Of a stretch of 64,000 bases of DNA, positions 1 to 13,157 are shown one piece after another (position 1 is the first letter of the stretch; each line of letters starts with the position of its first letter). Below the pieces are notes generated by a model that searched no databases, was not told the origin of the DNA, and saw only the letters and a program-made list of their open reading frames with translations. Position numbers and translations under genes: made by a program. This stretch comes from Paraspadella gotoi (lineage: Eukaryota > Animalia > Chaetognatha): assembly GCA_051294375.1 (NCBI GenBank), contig CM119270.1, forward strand, positions 12,213,676-12,277,675, in the 5' to 3' direction.

Positions 1-74
1 GAAAGAACAAGAATAGAAACCGTATTCTCTCTCGTCCCTGTCTACCGAAAAAATCCCCGAGCGAGAGAGGAGAC

Positions 75-208
<134 letters not shown>

Positions 209-533
209 TTCACGCTTCTCATTCTCCTCGCCTCCGGCCAACCTTACCCTTTTCCTCTTCCTCTTCCTCCTCCCCCTTTTTCCCACATTAAACGCCTGTT
301 AGAGAATAAATCGCCGCCTCGAAGGAGCGCCGGTTCCTCTTCCACCCATCTCCTCTTCCCTCTCCCATTAGTCATTCTCTCTATCTTCCTCTTCTCTCTA
401 TCCGCGCGTCGCCCCTCAAACAAACACGCGACTCTCGAGGAGGGGGTTTCGCCAAGCAAAGGAGAAAACTCGTTGCTCTTCCCCCTCCCATAGGAAACCT
501 TATGATGCCTTCCCGTCGTCCCGTGTTGGGGTT

Positions 534-660
<127 letters not shown>

Positions 661-2210
661 CTGGAATTGGCACCAAAAAGCGCATTGATGGAGGGGGGTA
701 TGTCAATGGTTGCAACAGAAAAAAGAGCAGGAGGAATGAAAGCATAAGAACAGGAAACAGAATGAGAGTTAATTATAAAATTGGTAAAATTACATATAAA
801 ACTATCTTAAGGAGGTAATGCGTAAAAATGGCGTATTGTTTTCATATAAAAAATATTATTTTGACTGAAATTTTCTGAAATTTTCTGAGATGTAAAGAAA
901 TAATAAACCTTATGCACAAGGCGATGTAGACAATTAAAAATAAGGACAAAGTAAAATTAAAAAAGAAGATAAAAAAAGGAAGTTTTATCGCGAACACTTT
1001 CTCGGATTTGCTGGGCGAAGAGATGCACTGCTATATTCAAATTCTGACACACTTTCACATGACGGTCATGACATGGGGCCCTTGCAGAGATGAACGAACT
1101 ATATTATTTTTAAATAGTGGAAACTAAAGATAAGACAGATTTTTGGGTCGAAGGGCAAAAAAGAGTTTGAGTGAAAGAATAGAAAAGAAGAAATGATAAA
1201 AAAAACACGATCTTCTCAATATTTTTTTTTTATCGAAACATTCTGTTTGCTTCGAAATATTAAAATAAAGATTAGATTTGATCGTATTGGGCGAGCTTGA
1301 TTTTTTTTTCATTTCGTGTTAAAGGCGGCATTATTTTGGAGTTCATTGTGCTAAAAAAATCGCCGATACTATAGCTAATTAACTTGATTATTTTTCAGGG
1401 AAATTAATCTCTTTTTCTCCCGTTACATTTCCTGTCCAAGAGCCTCACTCTCCCTTTTACTCACCCGCGGTTATCATCATCGTCGCTTATTCCTAAAAAG
1501 AGTATTAATTATGCTAATCGGTTTTCGAGGGTCGAGAAAGACGACGACGACGACGACGACGGTGACCACTCGAGTGAGTCTCCGGTTCTCGTCTCATTCC
1601 CTACTCTGGCGGCGAGTCACCAAAGACTAAAGAACGTAAGTAAGAGAGATAGAGAGGGAGAGAGAGAGTGAGTGAAGTGAGGATCGCCACCCGAGCGAAT
1701 CAGCGTGAGACGACATGGAGAGGGACGGGCCAGGGGGGTGCCACCACGAGGGAGGCGAGGGTGGAGAGAGAGGGAGAGACGAGTGAGAGAGGATGAGAGA
1801 TTTGAGAGAGAGAGAGAGATGAGAGTGAGAGAGAGAGAGAGAGAAATCGTAAAAAGAGGTAAGGCAAGAGACTCGTGGCGCGGGTGAGGTCAGCTGCGCG
1901 CGGACGTGGCGTCGTATGGGGTAAGCTCGAATCGTGGGAACGTCGAACGAATTCTGGGTTGAGTGAGTCGCGAGAAAGGTAAGGGAAGTATATTGTTTAA
2001 ACTTTTTTAATGAATAAATAGTTGAATACTAACTCACTTTTGTTTTCCGGCTAAAGTTGAAACGCTCTGGAATATTACCATTTTTTAGAATGGCTTAAAC
2101 GTTTTCCCACGTGAATCATCTTTCTTTTCTTTATTTATTTATTGCTATCAGTTGAGAGAGAGAATGAAGAAGAGAGCAGAGAGAGAGAGAGAGAGAGAGA
2201 GAGACGAAGA

Positions 2211-2289
<79 letters not shown>

Positions 2290-2301
<12 letters not shown>

Positions 2302-4975
2302 CAATATAACTCGGTGCGATTCACGCGTGAGTCTGGTTTATTTAATTCACTTTTTCTCGCGAGCGAAGATAAGAAAACCGAGGATAGAAATTCCCTTAAA
2401 AACAAAAGCGTTTTTCCGAGAATGATATAATATATTTATTATTTTTTTTTTTTATCGTATCTAGTGCGGCGACGGAACGCGCGGACCCACGACGACGAGA
2501 ACACCGGAATCGATAAATCGGCAAAAACGTTTTATCAAACTTCTTCCCTTCGGAAGTAAATCGTCTTCCGATCCTATCATCCTTTGTTCTTTACTTTTTT
2601 TTATCATCTTACTCCAAGAAAGTAAGTTTCTTTTTCGGTGGGGACATTCCGAGATGGAAATAGGTATATTGGATATTAAGATAAAGAATACTTTTGCCTG
2701 AATGGATTTAGATTGTCATCTGTAAGAAGGCAGATAGAAAGATACTTTGATTTTAACTCGCAATAGATTCGCTATCAGCGTTTCACCAGCTCACATTTTA
2801 CATTGCCTCCGTAGCCACTCTAGGTTTCTTCTACCTTTCGCAGCTTATGCGCTGTCTGTCATGGTATTTTTCACCACCGATGTTCCATCTCACCGGATCA
2901 TCACAGCTGAAACAATCGAGGGACGGGACCCCGAAAAAAATCCTCGCTTGCTCATATTTTGCGAGCGAAGTCCGTATGCGAGGGATAAAGTTTGATAAGT
3001 ATCGGTAGGACAATAAGAGCAGGAGAAGCTCTTGTGTGAAAGAAGGGACTTTGTTAACGGTGAAATGAGTGCTGGTTGAGAGAAGAGTGGAGTCTGATTC
3101 GCGGTGACCGCTATTCTCTGTCCCGTGAGTCCTGGAGGAGCCAGCGGATTGTCAAGAGAGTCGGTCTTGGATGGAGGGCGCGATGAACGAGTACGCAGAG
3201 CTAGTTGAGTATTGGTCGTCAGAGATGGAATAGTGGAGAGCGAACGTCTGGCCCAGAGAGTAGTCGTGCTTAGAGGCGTGATTCCGGGGGAAGTCAGCGC
3301 TCAGCGTGAGGTTGGCATCGAAGAGACAAGTGATGACAGGAGAGTGAGCGCGAGGCAGAAGAAGGGTTAGAGACGATAAGAGATGACGATCCGAGTGAAA
3401 GAGAGAGGGAGATGTGAGAGAAAGAAGATAAGAGGGCGTACGTCCGGCCATGAAATGAGTGCTCGCAAGAGAAGAAAGATAGAGAAGGTATCTCAAAGAA
3501 ACGTAAGGAACGTGATAAGGGGAAAGAAAGAAAGAACGGAAAGGATAGCAGAGAAGGAAAAAGCAAGAAGAACAACGATGAAGAATAAAGAAAGAAAGAA
3601 AGAAATTTTCGCCACGCTGTGTTTTTCTGATTTAAAATTTTTCATTTTTTGACTTGCGTTGAATGATGCGCTCCCTCGACGCCCGACGCGCGCCATTGCG
3701 TCGTCGGAATGCAAGAATCGGACTTAAATTTAAGGAAATGTCCTCAATCGGAGGCGAGTTGAAAGGCTTGAAAGAAAGTTCGGTGAAGCAAAAGGAGACT
3801 GTGAGCGGACTGTGGATGGTGAGGTGGTCGAATCCCTCCACGGCTGGAAATTCTTCGATCGGATCGGAGGTAAGTTTGGCCTTCGGTGATCAGTTTTAAT
3901 TGACTGAAGGAGGAGTTCGATAATATGCTAGAGCGAGTGACTATTGTCGATATATTCTCAATATACCGAGGTGAATATTCAGAGTAGAAGATACGCGAAA
4001 TGTGGCCACTAAATCTGTGACACGACTGGTGAAGACATCGAAGAGTGTTAGAGGACAAGAGAGGAATTCGAGCAATTTCTTTGTTGGTCTGGAGTCATGC
4101 ATTTCACGCATCAGTGACTGGTGAAGTTGTGAATGATAAAAGAGAAGGAAGTTGAAGTGAACAAAGGAGTGTGGACGATGCGAAGAAACGGAGGAAAAGG
4201 GCCGCACGGGAGATCGCGTCAGGCATCGAAACTGGCAATTATAGGATATATACTTTGGCGAATGTGGAAGAAACAATTAATAATAATATGTGAATTGAAA
4301 AAGAAGAGGTAGGGACACACTTCAATTTCTAACCAGTGGTAGAGATCCTGTAGACCAGCAAGGAGAATTAAATGTGGGGATACATATAGTGATGACGAAG
4401 GGGAAGAATGGGCATTGAAAATGACTCCGAGGGTCGTTGACGAGATGAGGCTAGACATAACGCGAGTGGAGTAGAGGTGACAAAAACGGACATTCTGTTC
4501 TTTCGGAGATCAGTCACCTCAACGTCCTTAATTTTGTCCGGCGATAAAAGAAGTAAATCGTCGGTGAAAGGGACCGAACGGGGGACGGGCGGCTTGTTCA
4601 CGGAACGGCGTTCGCGGTCCGACGTGAGTTGTCGGCGGACGGCGCTCGTCAGAATAATTTCGGTTTATCGAAAATCAAAATCGTGAAAAATCAATCAAGC
4701 GGAAAGGAAGAGATAAAAACCCCTGATGGAAAAAATTGGGAGAAGAAATCGAGAAAAAAAGGAGCAATTGGGAGGGAAAAGGGGCAAAAAAGCAATCGTG
4801 GCTAGATGAAAACCAAAGCGGTTCTACGGGGGGAAGGAAAAAAAATTGTGGGCAATTGCTTTTTTGAAATAAAATAGATGATCTGGATTTTAGAGAAACC
4901 TTAACCAAAAGGTAATTGTAAAAAGGACGTAAGTACGAGTAAATAACAACTAATCATCTCTCTACCGTCGAACTG
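2290..4975 (+). repeat. Segment B copy 1; direct copy at 6629-8839
   Basis: Collinear with 6629-8839 from agccaatataactcg to atcatctctctaccgtcga. The copies differ by many 1-bp indels and by a scrambled GA-rich middle (~3020-3600 vs ~7300-7590). Confidence 0.93.
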
Positions 4976-5121
4976 GATATTATAGGGCTAGAACGGGTAA
5001 GAGTGCGAGAAGATTCAAATTTGGCTGTGATTATCTCAGGTGTTATAAATGTATTCGGACGATGAGACTAAGCGCATGTATTCCGAGTACAGACAACCTA
5101 GAATGGTGGATTCAGCGGGGG

Positions 5122-5451
5122 TTATTTTTAATTGTTCTACATCGCCTTGTGCATAAGTTTATTATTCTTTACATCCAGTTCAGAAAATTTCAGTAAGTCA
5201 AATAATATTTATATGAATGAACAATCGGCAATTTTTTAACGCATTACTTCCTTAAGATAGTTTTATAATGTATTTTACCAAATTTTATAAATGTAACCTC
5301 TCATTCTGTTTCCTGTCTTTGATGCTTTCATTCCTTCCTGCTCTTATTTTCTGTTGCAACCTCTTGACATACCCGCTCCATCAATGCGCTTTTTGGTGCC
5401 AATTCCAGCAGCGAGAGAGAGAAGAGGAGAGAGAGAAGAGAGTGGAGGGGT

Positions 5452-5483
<32 letters not shown>

Positions 5484-5992
5484 GAGGATGAAGGACAGCC
5501 AACACGGGACCGACGGGAAGGCATCATATAGGTTTCCTATGGAGGGGGAGAAAGAGCAACGATTTTCTCTGCTTTGCTTGGGCGTACCCTCCTCGAGAAG
5601 TCGCGTGTTTGTTTGAGTGGGCGTACGCGCGGATAGAGAGAAGAGAGATAGAGAGAATTGACTAATGGGAGATGGGAAAGAGGAGATTGGGTGGAAAAGA
5701 GGGAACCGGCGCTCCTTTCGAGGCGGCGATTTATTTTCTCTATCACACAGCTTTATAATGTTGGGAAAAAGGGGGAGGAGGAGAGAGAGAGAAAAGGGTA
5801 ATGGTTGGCCGGAGGCGAGGAGAATGAGAAGCGTGAAATCGAGAAGAGAGAGAGAGAGAGAGAGAGATGATGAGAGAGAGAGAGAGAAGAGAGAGAGAGA
5901 GGGGGGCTTGTCTTCCTCCTCTCGCGTCGGGGATTTTTTTCGGTAAGACAGGGGACGAGGAGAGAATATCGGTTCTATTCTGTGTTCTTTTC
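5122..5992 (-). repeat. Inverted copy of 1-943; 5993-6603 may continue into sequence upstream of this window
   Basis: Reverse-complement match, including the (GA)n counterparts of the two (CT)n runs. Confidence 0.92.
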
Positions 5993-6603
5993 GGAAGAAA
6001 CGAGAGAGAGAAATAGACGAGTGGGAAGAGAGAGAGAGAGAGAGAGATGGAGCGAAGAGAAACGGGTAATTTCATTGTTTTTATATCTTCCGTCGATTCT
6101 CTCATTTTTCTTCGGCTGTCATCGAATTGTTTGTCGTCCTACGTCTTCATTGTTTGTCGCTTTTTTTTTCTCATTAAACTTTTTCTCGTTTTGCCTTCGA
6201 TCATTACATTGATAAAATCATTCGGGCGATATAAATAAAAGAAAAGAAAGGAGATATAAAATCTTATACTTAGTTATAATCTGCGGCCAAAAAATCACTA
6301 TGTCTGATTTTGACCGATAAATAAAGAGGTTTTCCTCTTTTCTTCAAGTTTTGAACGCTAAAAACTATTTTAAGGAATGACTAATTTTGGAATTTGCATT
6401 TAACACACCATTTTTGTTTCGTTAGTACTTTTCAGAATCCTTAACACTTTCTCATATTGTGTAGGCATTTATTTAATCGTGTTGTTAATTTCTATTTCTT
6501 ATCAGTTTTAACATTTACTCAGCTTATTATCGCTCTACAATTTTTATGTTGTTAATTTATGTTCAATTAGGCAAAGCTACAGTATGTATATAATATAATT
6601 TAA

Positions 6604-6628
6604 NNNNNNNNNNNNNNNNNNNNNNNNN
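6604..6628. other. Assembly gap, exactly 25 N
   Basis: Counted directly; lies immediately before segment B copy 2. Confidence 0.97.
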
Positions 6629-7351
6629 GAGAGAGAGAGAGAGAGAGAGCCATATAACTCGTCGATCACGCGGTCTGTTTATCACTTTTTCTCGCGAGCG
6701 AAGATAAGAAAAACCGAGGATGAAAATCCCTTAAAAACAAAAGCCGTTTTTCCGAGAAATGATAACAACAACGACAGTGACGGCGACGACGACGACGAAG
6801 ACCACGACGACGAGAACACCGATCGATAATCGGCAAAACGTTTTATCAACTTCTCCCTTCGGAAGTAAAATTGTCTTCCGATCCTCTCATCTTTTCTTTA
6901 CTTTTTTTTATCTCTTCTCCAAGAAGTAAGTTTCTTTTTCAGGATGGGAGTACATTCCGAATGGAAATAGGTATATTAGGATATTAGATAAGCAATACGT
7001 TTGCTGAATGGATTAGATTGTATCTTGTAAGAAGGCAGATAGAAAGATACTTTGATTTTACTCGCAATAGATTCGCTATCAGCGTTTCACAGCTCACATT
7101 TTACATTCCTCGTAGCCTCTCGGTTTCTTCTCCTTTCGACAGCTTATGCGCTGTCTGTCATGGTAATTTTTCACCACCGATGTTCACATCTCTACGGATC
7201 ATCACAGCTGACAATCGAGGGACGGGACCGAAAAAAATCCTCGCTGCTCATATTTTCGGCGAAGTCATGCGAGGAGATAAAGTTGATAAGTATCGGTAAC
7301 TAGGACTAAGCGCGGAGCAGAGCCTGGAGAAGGATTATTAACCACTGATTG

Positions 7352-7393
<42 letters not shown>

Positions 7394-8839
7394 CCGAGAG
7401 AGAGAGAGGAGAGAGAGAGCAGAGAGAGAGAGAGAAAAGAAAGAGAAGAAAGAAAAAAGAAAGAAAAATCGAAAAAAGAACAGAACAGAAAGAAAGAAAG
7501 AAAGAAAGAAGAAAGGAAAGAAAGAATAGAAAGAAAGAAAGAAAGAAAAAAAGAAAGAAGAATAAGAAAAGTAAAGAAAAAGAAATGAAAAAAATTCGCA
7601 CGTGTGTTTTTTGATTAAATTTTATTTTGACTGCTGATAATCTCGACCCCACGCGCCCTTCGTGATCGGAAAATTCAAAATCGATTATTAAACTTTAAGG
7701 AAATTCCTCAATCGGTGGAAAGGGAAAAAATCGGGAAAAAAGGACTAGTGCAGCGGTGACTGTGACTGGTGAGTGGCGATCCCTCCACGAGTTGGACAAT
7801 TTTTCGATCGGTCGGGTGAGTGAGTCGGTGAATCAGTTTTAATGACGGAAAGGAGGAGTCGAAATACTAGAGCGAGTGAATTTGTGATATATTCAAATAC
7901 CGAAGTGAATATCAGAGAGACGAAAGTGGCCACTAAACTGTGACGCTGGTGAAGACATCGAAGAGTGAAGGACAAAGAGGAATTCGAGCAAATTCTTTCA
8001 TCTTCACGCATCAGTGACTGTGAATTGTGAATGAATAAGGAAGAAAGTGTGAATGAACAAAAGTGTGACGTCGAGAAAAGAGGAAGGGCCGACGGAGACC
8101 CTCGAAACTGCAATTTGGATATATTGGCGAATGTGAAAAACAATTAAAATAAATACTAATGAAAAAAAGTAGGGACATTTCAATTTCTAACATTAGAGAC
8201 TGAAACCACAGGAAAATTAAAATGTGGGGATTACATATAGTGATGACGAAGGGAAGATGGGCATTTGAAAAATGACTCCGAGGAGTCGTTGACGAGAGAG
8301 GCTAAGACATAACGTAGAGGGACAAACGGACATCTGTTCTTCGGAGATCAGTCGACCTTCACGTCTTATTTTTGTCGGCGAAAAAGAGTAAATCGTCGGT
8401 GAAGGGACGAACGGGGGGACGGGCGCTTGTTCTCGGAACGGCGTTCGCGGTCCGACGTGAGTTTGTCGGCGGACGGGCGCTCGTCGGCGGACGGGCGCTT
8501 GTCGGCGGACGGGCGCTCGTCAACTAATTTTCGGTTTATCGAAAAATCAAAATCGTGAAAATCATCGAAGCGGAAAGAAGAGATAAAAACCCCTGATGGA
8601 AAAATTGGGGAAGAAATCGAGAAAAAAAGAGCAATTGGGAGGAAAAGGGCAAAAAAAAAAAAGCAATCGTGGCTAGATGAAAACAAAGCGGTTCTACGGA
8701 AGAATGAAAAAAAAATTGTGGGCAATTGCTTTTTGAAATAAAATATGATGATGGATTTAGAGGAAACTTAACCAAAAGTAATTAGTAAAAAGGACGTAGT
8801 ACGAGTAATAACTAACTATCATCTCTCTACCGTCGACTG
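6629..8839 (+). repeat. Segment B copy 2
   Basis: Collinear with 2290-4975. Confidence 0.93.
8465..8521. repeat. 18-bp GC-rich tandem repeat GTCGGCGGACGGGCGCTY x3
   Basis: Units at 8465-8482, 8483-8500 and 8501-8518; only one unit at the matching site in copy 1 (~4631-4650). Confidence 0.9.
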
Positions 8840-8995
8840 TTTAGAAATATAGTCATTATATCTTTCTGAAATTGGTACAACCAATAAATTTATATTTATA
8901 TTTATATAACCGTAGATTACTCGTTTATCGGAGTCAATTAGAGGGAAGATGAGGCTTCACGAGTGATCACGGGATGAGAACCTCAAGTTGCTTGA

Positions 8996-9031
<36 letters not shown>

Positions 9032-9559
9032 GTGAAGATTTAAAAAAACAAGGAATAGCGTTACTTGTCCCGAGGGTCTTTGTTGTTGTTGTCCTGAGGG
9101 CTGGACAATGAGGCGCCGAGCTGACCACACCTCTATTCACCCCAAAGGTTCACCCGCACTCATTCCACAACACCCCTTAAGAGTGGGCAGCCCTTTTTTG
9201 ACCACAATATTCATCGGGGTCAAAGCAATAATCGACGGTATAATTGAAAAGGATGAGAAGTTTTCGTTTGAAAAGATTTGAAATTTTAAAATCAGAAAGT
9301 TCAGAAAATAAATCACAACGAATAATTTCAAATTGCATAAACCTTAAATTTCAAAATCAATTTGTCAATTGTGGTGAATATTAAAGTTATGACGTCATTT
9401 GTCTCAATTCCAAACTTGCGCAACGCGAGTAAAAACGTGAAGATGACTCAATAAATAAATAAACAAACAAACGAGGATAATAAACAAACGGTCGCGCTCG
9501 AGTTTCGACCTCAGGATCCCGTAGGTGAAAGTCGCGTGGAATGTTGCAGAAATGTTGAA

Positions 9560-9690
<131 letters not shown>

Positions 9691-9960
9691 GGCCTGTGGG
9701 CCACACCGGGAGATAGTCTAACCGATTGTTTCTTTTAAAATCGATGTGACGCCACGACGAAAACAACAAAGACAACAACAACAGCAAACGAAACAACATC
9801 CTTGCGAGTTCGAATATAATTATATAAAAATAAGAATTCTATTCACTGATTACGTTGACTGACATTCCACAGGCCCTTAGCTTAATTCTTCTCATCCCAA
9901 TTATTAATTCTCCCTCGCCCGCTTCAAGCAATTCTCTCCCAAACTCCCCGATCCCCTCTC

Positions 9961-10097
9961 CAACCCATCCCCAACCCCCTTAGACCCATCCCTTCCCCAA
10001 CTTCAATCAATTCTTTCCCAAATCTATAACATTCAGAATATGTTACACGACTCCCCCTCAACCCATCCCCAACCCCCTTAGACCCATCCCTTCCCCA
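9961..10097. repeat. 39-bp direct repeat caacccatccccaacccccttagacccatcccttcccca x2
   Basis: Identical copies at 9961-9999 and 10059-10097. Confidence 0.9.
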
Positions 10098-10675
10098 GTT
10101 CCCCCCCCTTTCTCGATCGACGTGGTCATCTTCGATCTCGTATCGACTTTCGTAAACAGAAATTCGTTTAATGGAATCAGAATCTGAGGCGAAGAGATAA
10201 AAATCGTATCTCCGTCGGGATCGATGCTTCTCACCCAGTTTTTTGGGGGAAAAAGAAATGAGATGGGGCTTCGGAGGCGTCCGTCCAGGGCTCTTGGGCG
10301 TTTGACCTGTTTTCTAGGTTGGAAGTACCGAGTATTGTGGGCTTTTAATAAGCAGTACCAATTGACAGGGTAATTGGACAATCACCAGTTAAGTCGTTTT
10401 CCGTCGTTTCGTTCGATTGTAAACCGAGAATCATGTTGTGTAGGTGTCGATTTGATGATGGCCTACTCACGTACATGCAGGGTGAAAAATATTAATGTCT
10501 TAAAAACTTATCATTTTGTTGTTTAGAATTTAATCCTAAAATATGTAGAACGTAGAGGGCGCCAAAAAAAAAAAGAGTTTCAAAATGGCGTCCCAAGCGA
10601 AATCGACACGAAGCCGCCTTCGCGCGTGCCAGAGAAAAAGAAACATAGCGGGAAAACGATGGAGATCGAGAGAGG

Positions 10676-10708
<33 letters not shown>

Positions 10709-11870
10709 GAGAGAGACGAGCAGAGAGAGAGAGTAGAATGAACGACCCTCGTTCGTATGGCGGAAACGACAGCGACGCCAAGCGCTCGTGTTCAACAAGA
10801 GAAACGTGAACGCCACATTCCTAAAAGAAAGCAAACTTTGGAAAAACGTAACCTCATTTTATATTCAGTTGAACGCGAAACCTGGTTATACTAGAACTTG
10901 GACTCCGGTTCGTAACAATAATATGCTCTACGAGAATCTACAAACAGAAAAACCCTCGACGTTTGGTTGTGAAAGAGAGGAGGACATGAGAGAGGAGAGA
11001 GAGAGAGAAGAGAGAAGAAGATGAGAAGAGAGAGAGAGGAGAGAACGGAAGAGAGAGGCAAGGAGAACTCAGATATAGAGCATTCAAAGAGACAAATAGA
11101 TACCTATGATTGCCACCTATGATTGCAATTTAATTTTAAAAGTGCTTAAAAAATCGAATTAACCGAGCGGAGCACACACGAGAACAAACGAATTGCCACT
11201 AAAACAGACCATTATAAAACAAATCTAAACAAAGTATAATGAAAAATATAAAGAAATAAAGAAAAATATAAGTAAAAAAAAAAGAAAGAAATAAAGAGCA
11301 GTTTTCCGCAGATTGCCTGCATTTTTGTTGAGGCCATTTCTTCCTCTAAATGACCCGCTTGTTATTCCGCGAATTCGCCGCATATTGTTTACGTCTACTA
11401 CTCATCTCTTCTTTTGATCGTTTTCATCTATTTCCAGGGTCGTCGTCGTCGTGTCGTCGTGTCATCGTGAAGTAGTCTGGTGGCTTTTTTTCCATGGCAG
11501 TTAAACAAGTTAGAACAAAATTAAAAACCCCCATTCTGCCAATTAAGTCCAATAAACACATAACTTATGGCTGCCAATGCCGAACGAAAAATAAAGGCGA
11601 CGTTTATGAAAGTGTACAGAAAAAAGAGGCTTCTAGTTTTCCAGCTACATCTAAAGCATTTTATTGCAAGTGCATTGAAAAAACATGAACAGGAAGAGTC
11701 GGTGATATTTGAAGGCAAAATATGTCTCTGCTTCAATTGATTTTAAAACGAAATTGTCCTACAGTATAAATTCCGTTCAACGCTCGTAATCTCTGGCTTC
11801 AAAACAAAGATTAATTCGCTTTACGTTAGCGTTTGGCATCAGGGGAGCAATGGCGATAAATGAATTCCAT

Positions 11871-11917
<47 letters not shown>

Positions 11918-13122
11918 CTCTTGCTCTCTCTCCTCTCTTTCATTTTTTCAAGACTCAATCCCCCGTTTTCCGATGCGTTTTAAGCGATTTGACTCCGATA
12001 TTCTGACGTCATTATCCTCTTCTTTCGTCCTCGCTCCTCTACCGATAGTCCATTTACTTCTACTCCTGCAGCCCTTTCGCTCCATCTAACCTTAAGAGCT
12101 TTAATCTCTTTTTTGCCTATACTTTCGATAATTCTTTAGCTCATGCTTGCGTTCCACAATGCCCTCACCCTTTAGCTCCTGTATCTCCTTTACCTGCTAC
12201 CCCTCACCTTACTCAATCCTTTCTTAAGAATTACTGTCTTGGAAAGAAGATGCGTAACAAAGAGCAAAGCTAATTTAGGTGGTTTTTACGTATATGAGAC
12301 AGTAGGTTTAAAATCAAAAAAAATTATTACATTAATTTTATTTTTAATAAAATTGCAACTATTAAAATAAATAATATCCCGATAAATATATGATTTGGTA
12401 CAAGACATACAATATTGATTGATTAAGATTTACCCTTACAAAAATTAACATTATTAAGAAATTTATGATAAAATTAATGTTTTTTCCGTATATCTTAACC
12501 TAAATATTTCATCTACTGACCACTCTAACCCTTCATTCCAACGAAACGGTACTTGAGATCTGCGTTGTTTATATTCGGTCTGGCACGGCAACTGGAATCG
12601 CACGGCATGGAATACGACATGGCGCAGCGGCGTGCCACCGCAGGCGCACTCATCGCCTCAAGAGAGACGGACGCGCAATCAACTCGAGCGCTTTCCGACC
12701 GCGACGCTGCCGAACGCTTGCCGACGTCATTGCCGCAAGACGCATGTTGCGTCTGTCCCAATGCTAATCAATGCGTACGAAGACGCGGTTACGACTGTAC
12801 AGGAACGAGACCATGACGAAAAGTCGGCGAGGCGCGCCACGATAAGCGGAAGCAAGAGAGAGAGGAGCGCGCGAATAGAGGTGCGAGAGGAAGGAGAGAG
12901 AGAGAGAGAGAGTGACTGTTATAAACGACAACGCGTCTTCGCAGATTAAGATACTATGTTTGAAAATTTTGTAATTTGTTTGTGGTTATTTTATTACTTA
13001 CAAGAAAAGGCATGTTTTATTAAATTATACAACAGATCGATCAGAACTATCACTTCCATTAATTAAGCCGTAAAACCAATCCCATTTTCGATATCCTCCT
13101 CTCCCTCTCTCTCTCTCTCTCT

Positions 13123-13157
<35 letters not shown>

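Noticed and set aside
3020-3600. Apparently unique ~500-bp insert in segment B copy 1
   Set aside because: The matching region in copy 2 is a GA/GAAA repeat. The stretch looks like a degraded read across a microsatellite and has no termini or target duplication.
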